Assembly (NCBI GenBank): GCA_030704615.1
Contig: CM060733.1
Coordinates: 28,334,001-28,398,000 of the forward strand
Source of the DNA: Takakia lepidozioides
Taxonomy: Eukaryota; Plantae; Bryophyta
Reading direction: 5' to 3'
DNA length: 64,000 nucleotides
The notes beneath the pieces are model-generated. The model ran no database searches and was not told the DNA's origin. It saw nothing but the letters and a program-made list of their open reading frames with translations. Positions within the stretch are counted from its first letter, which is position 1. Every line of letters begins with the position of its first letter. This document shows, piece by piece, positions 51,219 to 63,522 of this stretch. The position numbers and the translations under genes are program-made.

Positions 51219-52907
51219 ATGGGAGTGGAAGTGACTGTCCTATCAAAATCCATGGTGGTTCCCACGCCACGTCCCGACGAGAGCCGGGAGTTGCTGCGGC
51301 TCCAACTTACCGGCTTCGATCTCCGCTTGATAAAATTTCCTCCCTTCAGAGTCCTGCTCTTGTACGACGCCAGCGCTCAAGAAAACCTCATCGTGAATCA
51401 GTTCAATGAAAGACTAAGGGAAAGTCTCTCAAGAGCGCTGACAGACTACTACCCATTTGCAGGTAAACAACCCACCCTTCAGTAGCTCTGACGACATGGT
51501 GACTACAGTACTATACGCGATTATTAGAGAATGCTAACGACATTGGGAGACCATGATATGTCATGCAGGTCGGTTTGTACAAGACGAAGGCGGGCTGGCA
51601 ACCGTGGACTGTAACGACGCAGGGGTGGAGTTTGTTGAGGCTTCAGCTCCCATCACTGTGCGGGAGCTCAGAAACTACAACATGGCTGACCTGTATCAAC
51701 ACTTTGCGCAACCAATCCCCTGCACTCTTCAGGACTTTGGTACCTGGCATACCCGCGGCCCTCTTTTTGGCGCCCAGGTCAGCTACCTATGTTTCTGTGG
51801 TGCTTCTATGGTGTGAAGGTGATGGTCACATGTATGTCATTGCAAAAGTACCGGAGCACCTTACGAGTACACTTCGGTGTGACCCAATCCGACCTTCTGA
51901 GTGATATCATTTCTCTTTGAATTACGCAGGTCACTCATCTCAAGTGTGGCGGCTATGCAGTTGGTTTTGTCTACTTCCATGGACTCGTAGATGGAATAAC
52001 GCTGTGGCAATTTATCAAGTCATGGGCAGAGGTCGCCCGTGGAGAACGCATCTCCCTTCTTCCCAATTTCAGCTCGCGAGAGAATGTCATCAACTTGGCA
52101 TCAGAGTCGGAGTCAGACAACTCAGATTGGATAAAGTATTCCCTTCCAAAGGCTTATATGAAGAGATTATCGTTGTCGGGTAATCCTTTTCCTTCCTCCG
52201 GGGATTCGAAGGGTCCTCCTGCGACTGCCCTGAACTCAACAACTTTGCACATTTTGTTTGATGTACCGATGCAAAAGAAGCTCAAAGAGAAAGTATTGCA
52301 GGATCCACCACATGGGCCTACGTTCAGCGCTTACGTAGTGATCAGTGCACATGTCTGGAGGGCCATTACCCGGGCTCGATTGCTTGCATATACGGAGGAA
52401 ACTCGATACTTCAATAGCATCGATTGCAGGAAACGCTGGCTAGAGCTCCCTCCCAATTATTTTGGAAACGCAGTTCTTGACGCTGTGGCAGTAACTACCG
52501 TGAGAGAGCTTCTGGGAAATGGAATCTCTTATGCTGCAAACCTGCTGCACAAGACGATTGCAGATTTCACCGCTCACCACATCAAATCTCAGCTTACCAT
52601 TATGGAGAAAGAGAAAAAGGAATCCTACTTTCTCTTTGATTTCCGACCTTTTGCTGACGTGAGTGCAGGTGGTTCCACTCATTTCCCAGGTCTTGAACAT
52701 TTCGACTTCGGATGGGGTCCGCCGTTTGCCAATATTGCTATATTACTGAAGTTCACTCCTCCTTCTGCGATCGTTTTTGCAGCAAAGCACAACGACGGCA
52801 CAATAGAAATACAGTTCAAACTTCCTCAGGATGCTGCAACGAGACTGCAGGAAGATGCAGACTTCATGTCTTGTATATCATCTGTCACGGCTGTCACACT
52901 TGGATAG
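51219..52907 (+). CDS. BAHD acyltransferase, copy 1b (inverted duplicate of 9971-11659)
   Basis: Exons 51219-51462, 51569-51777 and 51930-52907. ORF translations are identical to copy 1a, with HGLVDG and DFGWG. Confidence 0.93.
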
Positions 52908-54976
52908 GAACACCACAAATCCAACCGCACTACACAAACGAATAAAATGAGATTGTTGGTGTTGATGATGTTGTTAGATTTACTACAGATATACGATCAT
53001 AATAAAAATCTGCATGTTCTTCTCTGCCATCTTCGCATCTTGTAGATCTCTTCTGATTACCCTTGCTTCGACTTATCAGCACCCTTGCTGCAGTTTTTGT
53101 AACGATCTCATTGCAGCTGCTTCTCTGTTTGCTATCACTGCAGCCTTCTACTGTGAGGCAGCTCGTCTTCTAGTTTTGCTTTGCTGGCCCAGTGTTGACC
53201 CCCGGGTTAAATCCCCATCCAATTGTGGGCTTTATTTAAACAATAGGAGTAATGTAAGGACTTATGCGTGCATATGAAGTAGGCGGCGGGCCGGTCAAAT
53301 CCTCCCCACCCACGCTCTCGTGCAATCAGTGTCGTTGCCCCTGCATCGTGTAGCCTTGCGACGTCCCGCCTGTGAAATTGGCCCAGTTCTCCATCCCCGC
53401 CCCATGTAACCCCATCTCGTGTCACCCCGGCCCATGTATTCCCATCTTGTGTCACCCCACCCCATGTAACTCCATCTCCTAATCCCATCTCATGTCATTA
53501 CCAATCGTGTCACCTCAGACCATGTAGCCCCATCTCCTCTCGACCCATGTAACTCCTTCTGTGTCATTCCAGGTTATGAATGAAACCTTATCTCATGTCA
53601 TCCCAGGCCACGTAGCCCCTTCTAGGGTCATTCCTGATCGGGTCACCCCACCCCATGTCTCTGTTATTTGCCCCATGTAACCCCATCCCGTGTCACCCCA
53701 GACCTATACCCCATCTCATGTCAACCCTTCTCTGTCACTCCAGCCCATTCAATCTCATAAAGTGTCACACCCCCAAATGGTGTGAAGTGTGACTCCGGCT
53801 AATCTAACCCCACGAATGTAACCCCAATGCACCTGATCTGTTTTATGTGCCAATGATCTAGCAGCTGGAATTTAATTTACATATCGTCGAAACCCTAATC
53901 TACTATCTTTATCGTTTTCCTTTTGCTCTTTGTTCATGGTTTGGAGCCTCAATTTCTTGTGATTATGAGTTTTCTGTGGCGTCTACAATGTACTGCTTTC
54001 AAAAACCAAATCAAAGGGGACAGAAAATTATTGAGTTCCATTGCAGGACAACATCTTACTCCCAGCAATCCAAAAAATGGTTTGTTGGCCGTAGTACCAC
54101 GTTTCATTCGGTTGTCTCTATCCTTTCTCAATGTCATTCTTGTTGTTTTGTTGCTCTCCCTCCTGCAACCATAGCACCTACCATATGCCTATTTAATCTA
54201 CAGTTGTTTGTCTTTTGGTCCCTCCCACGAGAGTTTCATTGACGACTGCTGTTGTTGTTCACAAAGTGATACATATCCACTTGTTATGTTCTACATGTTT
54301 TTTTTCTTAACAGGGAAATTGAAAGTGAAGAACAATTCTTCTTTCACTGGACTACCTTAGTGAGGGGCTACAGACATGGGAGAGAGAGAAAGAGGAAATG
54401 AGAGTGATGGAAGGGCTCCTTCACGGCATGGTTCCAAAGAGCGAGAAAGTAACAGACATTATAATGACCACAAAAAGCTCAAAGAGCTTATGGGAGAGAG
54501 AGAATGAAAAAGACAGGATGCTTCTAACTTACAGGAAAAGCCCAAGCCCAAAGAGCTTTTGTGACAACAATGAGCCTTGACAGCCATAAGAGAAATGAAA
54601 TGAAATGGTACTTTACAACGTCTGCGGGAAGCTCAAAAGCTAAAGAGGGATAGTAGCCTCAGAAGCTTTACATAGAGGTCCAAAAAAGACCGAAGACTAC
54701 ATTTTAAAACAAAAAAAAAAAAATCTGAGAAAGAAATGTGGTGATAATTGTACCCCGCCGGCGGATTGACACGAGGAATGAGGGCACTCCAGAGGTAGAT
54801 GATCTTATGGTTTCGTTTTATCAATGCAAAGGGTGATAGGATGGGATGACACGATCTAGGGTTACATCAGGTGGGGTGACACGAGATGGAGTTACGTGTG
54901 TTGGGGTTACAAGGAACTGGTGGAATGGGGGACTCAATGAACGGGAAGAACCGGCAGCCAGTTACATGCCAGCCGA

Positions 54977-57900
54977 GTGCCATCCTGGAATTTCCGGGTA
55001 TGACATGAAACCTCCGGAAAATGAACCGACGGGAAAAATGGCCCAAGAGGAAATCATCCGAGTGCCTGACTCAGAGGACGGATTTTTGCCTTTCCGTATC
55101 AGTAAATGCCGGAAATATGCCTTAGTTGGCACGCCTGGACGGATTCCAGCCGTTCTTATCTTATAAGAAAACGGAAAATGGCCGTTGAATACTGCCACGT
55201 GCCGGAAATCCAGCATGCAGGGCCCAGGCCTGGTTACATCCAACGGACGGGGTCAGGGTGGTTGGGGGCAAACCCTAGAAGAGACTAGAAGAGCCTTGCC
55301 ACGTGGCGGAAATCCAGCATGCCAGGGCCCACGCCTGGTTACATCCAACGGACGGAGCCAGGGTGGTTGGGGGCAAACCCTAGAAGAGCCTTGCACTCGT
55401 TCTTTACTAAGTCCTTTGCTCACCTACCGGGCCCGCACTTACCACTGGCTGTATGTTGATGTGCTGCCGACGCTCCCGCCTGCTTGTACTCGCTGCGTGC
55501 TACCACACTTCAAGGCCCAGGCATGTTTTCAGCCTTGCATTCGTTCTTTGCTAAGTCCTTTGCTCACCTGCCGGCCCGCACTTACCACTGGCTATATGTT
55601 GATGTGCTGCCGACGCTCCCGCCTGCTTGTACTCGCTGCGTGCTACCACACTTCAAGGCCCAGGCATGAGTCTTTGTTTCATTTGGTTATGTCCTTGCTT
55701 TTCCTAGTGAGAGGTTATGACTTTTGCCTTTCGAAGTCTACAGCTACATGACTTTCTGCATACTTTGTGCTCGTCATGCAGTAAAAAACAAGGGCATTGG
55801 TAGGCCTCCCCCTTCGGTTCTTCTACCGTTCTTTCGACCACGGTTTCTATTGTTTTGCAGCAGGCACAAAGCCGTGTCTATTTTGTGTCGGGCAAAGGCG
55901 GCTGGGAGGGCTGCATCTCACCTCCCACCGATTTCTGACCCACCTCCCCTTCTATTTTCTGATTTGCTTCAGGCAGTTGGCAGGCCTTGCACTCGTTCTT
56001 TGCTAAGTCCACATCTCACCTGCCGGGGCCCGCACTTACCACTGGCTGTATGTTGATGTGTTGCCGACGCTCCCGCCTGCTTGCACTCGCTGGCCCTTCC
56101 TTGTTGCAATTTCCGTGCTATAAATTTGTATTTTTGTAAGGTCTTGGCTATGGCCAAGCGCCAAAGGAATCTAAGAAATATGTTATTTAGGGCTGGTCAC
56201 ACTGGTGATTGTGATGAGGAGTCTCCTTCCGCTGTCCCCCTGCCTCATCTTCAAGTGGTATGGACAAGCCATCGAATAGTGTAGAGGCAGCCCAGAAAGC
56301 ATGGAAAGATGTTTGGTACACTCAATTTGATTGGATTGAGTTTAACCATGATCTAGGTAGGATTTTTTTGTAAAGTTTGTAGAGGGAAAGGAGGGAGGAC
56401 AGTCTTTGCAAATGCTGGTTGTGTCAATGTCAAGGTGAGTTCATTCCAAGACCATGCTAGGTCAGAAGAGCATCGTAAGTTCTCTTGGGCCCTACAATCT
56501 GGTAAGAAAGCCATGGAGAAAGCCATAGCTAGTGCTAATCGAGCTTGTGATGATGCTGTTTTGGCTCTTTTCCAAGTTGCTTACTACATTGGTTTGGAGG
56601 CCTTGCCATTTAGCAAATTTCCAGGTTTGTGTCAACTTTTGGTTACTCTCAAAGCTTGTATTACCCAGAAACTGTACCATGATGAGAAGTCATGTGCTGA
56701 TATATTGTATTGTATCTCATGTGTTGTTCAGAAAAAGGTGTTGGATAGAGTGAAGGATTCCAAGTACTATGGAATCATGATAGATGAGTCAACTAACATT
56801 TCAGTGACCGGTCATCTTGTTGTTTTTGCTTCTTTTGTTGAAGAGGGTTTGCCAGTCACTCTGTTTTGGGATTACTTCAGATTATTGATGGCAAGAAGGA
56901 TGCCGCAATGATATATGAGTGTTTACTAACTAGTTTGAAAGAGTGGGGTTTGGATGTAGATAAGTTTTTGGGGTTTGGTTCGGATGGGGCAGCAACCATG
57001 GTGGGGGCTCGATCCGGCGTGGCTGCTCGTCTTAAGCAAAAGGTAAACCCCTTTATGTTGGCCGTCCATTGCGTAGCACATAGGACCAACTTGGCAGCAT
57101 TAGAAGCTGCCAAGACATCAGCATGCATCTTATTTCAAATGAGGTTGACACACTTTTGAACTCTTGCTGGTCATTTTCGCAAATCATCTAAGCGTAAGGC
57201 AACCTTGCAAGCTTTGCAGACCGAGCTTAATGATGCTCAGAAGTGCCTCAAAAGGTTTCACAAGATTCGTTGGTTATCTAGGTGGCAGGCCGTGACATCG
57301 CTTTGTGACAGTCTTGAGAGTGTTGTCACGTATTTTAGAGATGTGCCGGTTGCCAATGATGATGGATCAGCCTCTCTTTTGTATAACAAGCTTAGGTCAT
57401 TCAAAATGATTTATGTCTTGTATTTTTTGGCTGATATGTTGCACGGTCTATCTCTACTCTCACGTGTGTTCCAATGGAAGTTTGTGGATGTAACTAGCAT
57501 TGGGTCCATAGTTAAGACAAAGATTGCACAAATACGAATGTTTTTCATTGAGGATAGCACGGATTTGAACCAATCCACCTTCAATGAGGAAATGGGTTAT
57601 CACATCATCCCGGAATTTGGTCCTCCTGGTGGGTATTTGAGGCGGCTAGCCTCTGAGATTAGGGGATCCAATTTTCATGGTGTACAAATGACACGAGAGA
57701 GGATGGGGGGTGATTTGGAGGCAGCACTTACCTTCCAAAAGCTTTATGCAGAGGCTGTTTGCAATGCTTTGGATGCCAGATTTGAGGACAACGGAGTTGT
57801 AAGTGCATTCAAAATATTGAGTCCATGTAACCTACCAACTAGACAAGTGGGGTTAGCAAGTTGGGGTGTAGTAGAGTTGGAAATATTATGTGCGCACTAT

Positions 57901-58788
57901 GGTGTCGAAAGACATATTGCAGGAAGGACATTGCCTGCCCTTGTTGACATAGCAGCGGTGAAACGAGAGTTCTTTGCTTTCAAACTACAGGCAAGTACCG
58001 AGTGGATGGAGAAAACTTTCAAGGATCTTTGGGGCATGGTGACTTGGAACCCTTCTCTAACGATGAAGTATGAAAACTTGCTTGTGCTTTCTGAAATTGC
58101 TCGAGTTCAATGTGTAAGCACTGCCGCATGTGAGAGGGCATTCTCAGTTCAAAACTCAATCAAAACTAAATTTCGAAACAAGTTGAAAACAAAGAACTTG
58201 GAAAGTGTGCTTCGTGTTGCTTTGGAAGGGCCAAGTGTGCAGGCATGTCAACCTGTTTTGATTGAGGCCATATCTTTGTGGAAGAACTCCACAAACTTCA
58301 GACATTTGTTCTCTCATCCTGAGCTATATTTAGCTGGACAGCCAATAGCTGGACAACCAGAAGGTGGGCCATCATATGCAGAAGGTACGAATGATGATTT
58401 GCAGTTTTGAATTTATGTTTGTTTGTTTGTTTAGATAGGTAACGTTTCTAAAATTCAAGGCCCATCAACTTTTGGTTGAGGTCATTGCATTTTAGAAGGG
58501 TTCGATCCTTGGCCTCCAACTGGTGGAGGGCATTGACAGGTTCAACTCCTGCCAAGGATACTTTTCTGCACTTGTTTGAATTGCTTAAAATTGGTTGTGA
58601 TTATTTATTGTTGTTCATTTGTTGAATTTGTATGCAGCCGAATTTAATTTTCATTTGCAGGAAATGAACCGGTTGATATGTACAATGGCCGGATTTATAG
58701 CCGAACACACCCAAAAAAAAAAGGAATATTACCGGTTGTAAAACAATATGTAGGAAATTGACCGCCTGAAGTTACCACTAAGGGGCAG
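54977..58788 (+). mobile_element. hAT-superfamily element (boundaries tentative)
   Basis: Flanked by the direct repeat CAGCCGA (54970-54976, 58789-58795). Carries internal tandem repeats of about 103 bp and 143 bp (55197-56090) and a transposase. Confidence 0.6.
56150..58410 (+). pseudogene. hAT transposase (ZNF862/ZMYM-like), frameshifted
   Basis: W..QFDWI..CKVC zinc finger, IMIDEST, GFGSDGAATMVG..GVAARL, HCVAH, RWLSR and the hATC dimerisation motif VSTAACERAFS..IKTKFRNKL. Frameshifts near 56370, 56866 and 57130-57165. Confidence 0.88.
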
Positions 58789-59408
58789 CAGCCGACCCCC
58801 CAACCCACTTAGCCGGTTGGTGTTGAAAATGAGCGGCCACTGGCTGGTTCAACTCAAAAATTTTCCCGGACACTGGGGGGACTGGTGTCGCAGGGCGACG
58901 AAGCGAGGGGTTGACAACGCCTATTGGATGAGAGCGGGGTGGGGAGAATTTGACCGAGCCCGTGGCGTGCCAATCGCCGGAGGCGGAAAACCGGTGGTAC
59001 TGGGTGTTAGACCCGCCAACGCCTCGCATTAAGTTCTTACATTATTCCCATTTATTTTCCTGAATCCGTAGTCCCTGGGCCAATAAATCATAAATCCGCG
59101 GGAAGCCCCACGAGCTTCAGGTGAGCCTGTCAGTGAGTGCAGTACGTAGGTGCGAGGGCTGTGGAGGAGACGTTACACAAGTGCCCACTTCCCGTTCTAT
59201 TCCTCACTTTCACCTGAGGTTCGTGTCCAGTTCTAGCTACTCCCTCCTGACTCGTAATCGATTGGCATTGACATTGATGGAGCTTTGAACAATCATTTTC
59301 TTTATTTGACTCTGGATTCCTATTCAGTTGGCACCTAGCTCAGTACTAAGCCCACAACTTTCGAGGGCTGCAGTGAGCTGAGTCCCGGTGAAGTCGACAT
59401 TATTCAAA

Positions 59409-61094
59409 ATGGGAGTGGAAGTGATTGTCGTATCGAGAACCATGGTGGTTCCCACGCCATATCCTCACCAGAGCCGGGAGTTGCAGCGGCTCCCACTGAC
59501 AAGCTTCGATATACGCATGATAAGATGTCCTCCTGTCACATGCATGCTCCTGTTCGATGCCAGCGCTAAAAAAGAATTCAGTGTGGAGCAGTTCAATGAA
59601 AGATTACGGGAGAGTCTTTCAGGAGCGTTGGCAACCTACTACCCATTTGCAGGTAAATCATACACCCTTCTGTAGCACCGATTACCAAAGTCTGTCGTGC
59701 CAGTTTTGGTATCTAGGCTTCCGGGAAACTAGATAACGACGTTGAGAGACCATGACATGTCATACAGGCCGGTTTGTACAAGATGACGACGGGCAGACAG
59801 CCGTGGACTGTAACGACGCAGGGGTTGCGTTTGTTGAGGCTTCAGCTCCCATCACGGTGCGGGAGCTAAGTAATTACAACATGGCTGACATGTATCAACA
59901 GTTTACCCAAGCAATCCCCTTCCATTGGAAGGACTTTGGTATCTGGCATACCCGCGGCCCTCTTTTTGGCGCCCAGGTGAGCTTCCTATATCTCTGTGTC
60001 CTTAAATGGCTTCTATTTCCGGCGTGAAGATGATGATCACACGTCTTTGGGAAGTAGTAGATTAGCAGTTTTGGGTGACCCACTTTGAGTTTTGGTTTGA
60101 TATCGATTCTCTTTGAAATACGCAGATCACTCATCTCAAGTGTGGCGGCTATGTAGTTGGTTATGCCTACTTCCATGGAATCGCAGATGGAATAACAATG
60201 TGGCAATTTTTGAAGTCGTGGGCAGAGGTCGGCCGTGGGGAACGCATCTCCCTTCCTCCCAATTTTAGTTCGCGCGCGAATGTTATGAAATTGGCATCAG
60301 AGTCAGAAAACTCAGATTGGACGGAAACCTTTCGAAATGCTTTTGCTAAGAGACTACCGTTGTCGGGTAACGGTTACGTCAAGGATTCAAAGGGTCCTCC
60401 TACGACTCGTGCCCCAGACCCAACAACTTTGCACATTTTCTTTGATCTACCGATGCAAAAGAAGCTCAAAGGCAAAGCAGTGGACAATTCACCAGGTGGA
60501 TCTACGTACAGTGCTTATGTAGTGATCAGTGCACATGTCTGGCGGGCCATTACCCGAGCTCGATTGCTTGCAGATACGGAGGAAACTCGATTCTTCAATA
60601 TCGTGGATTGCAGGAACCGGTGGCCAGAGCTCCCTGAGAATTATTTTGGAAATGCAATTCTTGACGCAGTGGCAAGCACCACCGCGGGAGAGCTTTCGGG
60701 AAATGGAATCTCATACGCGGCAAACCTGCTGCAGAAGACGATTGCAGATCTCACAGCTCAACACATCAAGTCTTTTTTTACCATGACGGAGAAAGAAAAG
60801 AAGGAATGGCTCATTGTCAAAGATTTTCGACCTTTGACTGATGTGCTTACAGCATGTTCGACTCGGTTCCCAATTCTTGAACATTGTGACTTCGGATGGG
60901 GTCCGGCTTTTGCCTATACTGCCTTCTACAACAATAAGTCTCCCGTCAACCCCATGATCACTTATACACCACAGCATAGCAATGGCACAATAGAAATAAA
61001 CTTCAATCTGCCGCCCGATGCTGCGACGAGACTGCAGGAAGATGCAGACTTCATGTCTTGTGTATCGTCTGTCACGCCTGTCACACTTGGATAG
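59409..61094 (+). CDS. BAHD acyltransferase paralog 2; 3 exons, about 473 aa
   Basis: Exons 59409-59652, 59768-59976 and 60126-61094, with the same intron positions as copy 1. Motifs YYPFAGRF, HGIADG and DFGWG; clearly diverged from copy 1. Confidence 0.92.
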
Positions 61095-61619
61095 GGACAC
61101 CGCAAATTGCAACTTCGTTATATTTGTTTCTGAATTGATGTTTTGATCTTCACAATGGAACAGTATTGTTACAGTAGAGCAGTGACCAGCCCAGTCAGGT
61201 TTCTACCAGTATTGGGTTTCAATATACCCTTAGGGTATAAGTAAATTATTTTTGTCAAATCATTTACCCTCCGGGTATGGGTAAATTAACTTTTCAGATT
61301 TCTATATAACCCCCTGGTATGGATAGATATGCCAAAATATACCCTGAGGGTATGAATAGTTTCCCGGAGAAGATAATAGGAATAATGTAAGAACTTAATA
61401 CGAGCGCATCAGGACGGTCCAGCCCTGACACACCGGATTCTTCGGATTCTTCGCCTCCGGCAGACATCGAAAGGCAGCCGGCTGGGCTCGGTCAATCCCT
61501 CCCCACCCCCGCCCTCATCCCATCGGTGTCATCGCCCCTGCGTCGTCATTCTGCGACACCAGTCCGCCGCTTCCAGCAGTCCGCCAGTTCCCAGTAACCC
61601 CCTGCACGTCAGCCCCCTT

Positions 61620-63290
61620 AACCCCCGCTCCGGGTTCAACCCTCACCCCCATGTAACCCTCTGTAACTTTGCCGAGTGTAACCCACACCACCATGTGACC
61701 CTCTGTAACCCATGTAACCCTCTATAACACCGCAGAGTGTCACCCCCACCCCTATGTAACCCTCACTATATGTTACCCTCTGTAACACTTTGCAACCCAT
61801 GTAACCCTATGTAACCCTCTGTAACACCGCAGAGTGTAACCCTCTGTAACCCTTTGTAACCCATGTAATCCTCTGTGACCCATTGTAACCCATGTAACCC
61901 TCTGTGACCCTTTGTAACCCTCACCACCATGTAACCCTCTGTAACACCGCAGAGTGTCACCCTCACCCATATGTAACCCTCATTCCATGTAACCCTCTCT
62001 GACCCTCTGTAACCTCTGTAACACCGCAGAGTGTCACCCTCACCCATATGTAACCCTCATTCCATGTAACCCTCTCTGACCCTCTGTAACCCTCTATAAT
62101 CCATGTAACCCTCTGTGACCCTCTATATCCCTCACCATGTGTAACCCTTACCACCACGTAACTCTCTGTAACACTGCAGAGTGTCACCCTCGCCACCATG
62201 TAACCCTCCGTAACCCTCACAAACCCTCTGTGACACCGCAGAGTGTTACCCTCATCGCCATGTAACCCTCACTCCATGTAACCCTCTGTGACCCTCTGTG
62301 GCTCTGTAACCCATGTAACCCTCTGTAACACCGCAGAGTGTCACCCTCACCCCTTATGTAACCCTCACTCCATGTAACCCTCTGTAACCCTTTGTAACCC
62401 TCACCACCATGTAACCCTCTATAACACCGCAGAGTGTCATCCTCACCCCTATGTACATGTAACCCTCTGTGACCCTCTATAACCCTCACCAGGTGTAACC
62501 CTCACCACCATGTAACCCTCTGTAACCCATGTAACGCAGAGTGTCACCCCCATCCCTATGCATCCCTCACTCCTTGTAACCCTTTGTAACCCTCTGTGAC
62601 CCTCTGTAACCCGTGTAACCCTCTGTGACCCTCTGTAACCCATATAACCCTCTATAACCCTCACCAGGTATAACCCTCACTCCATATAACCCTCTCTGAC
62701 CCTCTGTAACCCATGTAACCCTCTGTGACCCTCTATAACCCTCACTAGGTGTAACCTTCATCACCATGTAACCCTCTGTAACACCGCAGAGTGTCACCCT
62801 CACCCCTATGTAACCTCACTCCATGTAACCCTCTGTGACCCTCTGTAACCCATGTAACCCTCTCTGACCCTCTGTAACCCTCACCACCATGTAACCCTCC
62901 CATGTAACCCTCTGTCACCCTCTGTAACCCATGTAACCCCATGACCCTCTGTAACCTTTTGTAACCCATGTAACCATCTGTTACTCCGCGGGGTGTAACC
63001 CTCACTCCATGTTATCCTGCATCGTGTAACCCCAATGCAAGCTTGTATCATGTTATCCCATGTACCCCTCTCCGTGTAACTCCAGTTCCTCGTGTAACCC
63101 CATCATCCTTGTAACCCTTTGCACGTCAGCCCTTGTAGCTCCGCCTCGTGTAACCCTCATTGTGTAACTCTCACATTGTAACCCCACTATGTAACCCCGA
63201 TACTGTATCAATCCCCTCCGTGTAACCCCCGATTATGTCACTCCTAGCTTGTGTCACCCCGGATCCTTTATCCCCAACGCATGTCACCCC
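61620..63290. repeat. TGTAACCC(TC)-based minisatellite of about 1.65 kb with higher-order unit GTAACACCGCAGAGTGTCACCCTCAC
   Basis: Directly visible; it explains the spurious low-complexity ORFs at 61766-63005. Confidence 0.93.
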
Positions 63291-63522
63291 TGTTCGTGTA
63301 GCCCCTTGGTGCCCAACAAAAATTGGCGGGCTCCAAGAGGTGTTAGATATTTTGAATTCAAACCTGGGTTACACGATTCGGTGACATCAAAACCCACGTG
63401 TAATTCCATCATCGCTCGTCATTTTCACCAAGTGCATAGACGTCGTGCAGTCCCGAGGGCTCCGCTGCATTGCCTGCGTGTGTTCTGCGATTTGTACTGT
63501 ACTGGTGGTACTGTTGCCGCTA

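Larger units (their letters stand above)
45148..53944. repeat. Inverted repeat pair 2, right arm
   Basis: Reverse complement of 8949-17726. Confidence 0.95.
53190..59077. mobile_element. DNA element with long imperfect inverted termini and GTAACCC/GTCACCC subterminal arrays, containing a nested hAT
   Basis: Left TAGGAGTAATGTAAGGACTTA (53244) matches right TAAGTTCTTACATTATTCCCA (59030-59050). C-strand array at 53400-53830, G-strand array at 54830-54912. Outer ends are approximate and no TSD was found. Confidence 0.55.

Noticed and set aside
61766-63005. Series of minus-strand ORFs rich in RVT/EGY/GL
   Set aside because: They are translations of the GTAACCC minisatellite.
61620-63290. True telomere or interstitial TTTAGGG tract
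   Set aside because: The unit is TGTAACCC(TC), not CCCTAAA, and it is embedded in an element with related copies elsewhere in the window.
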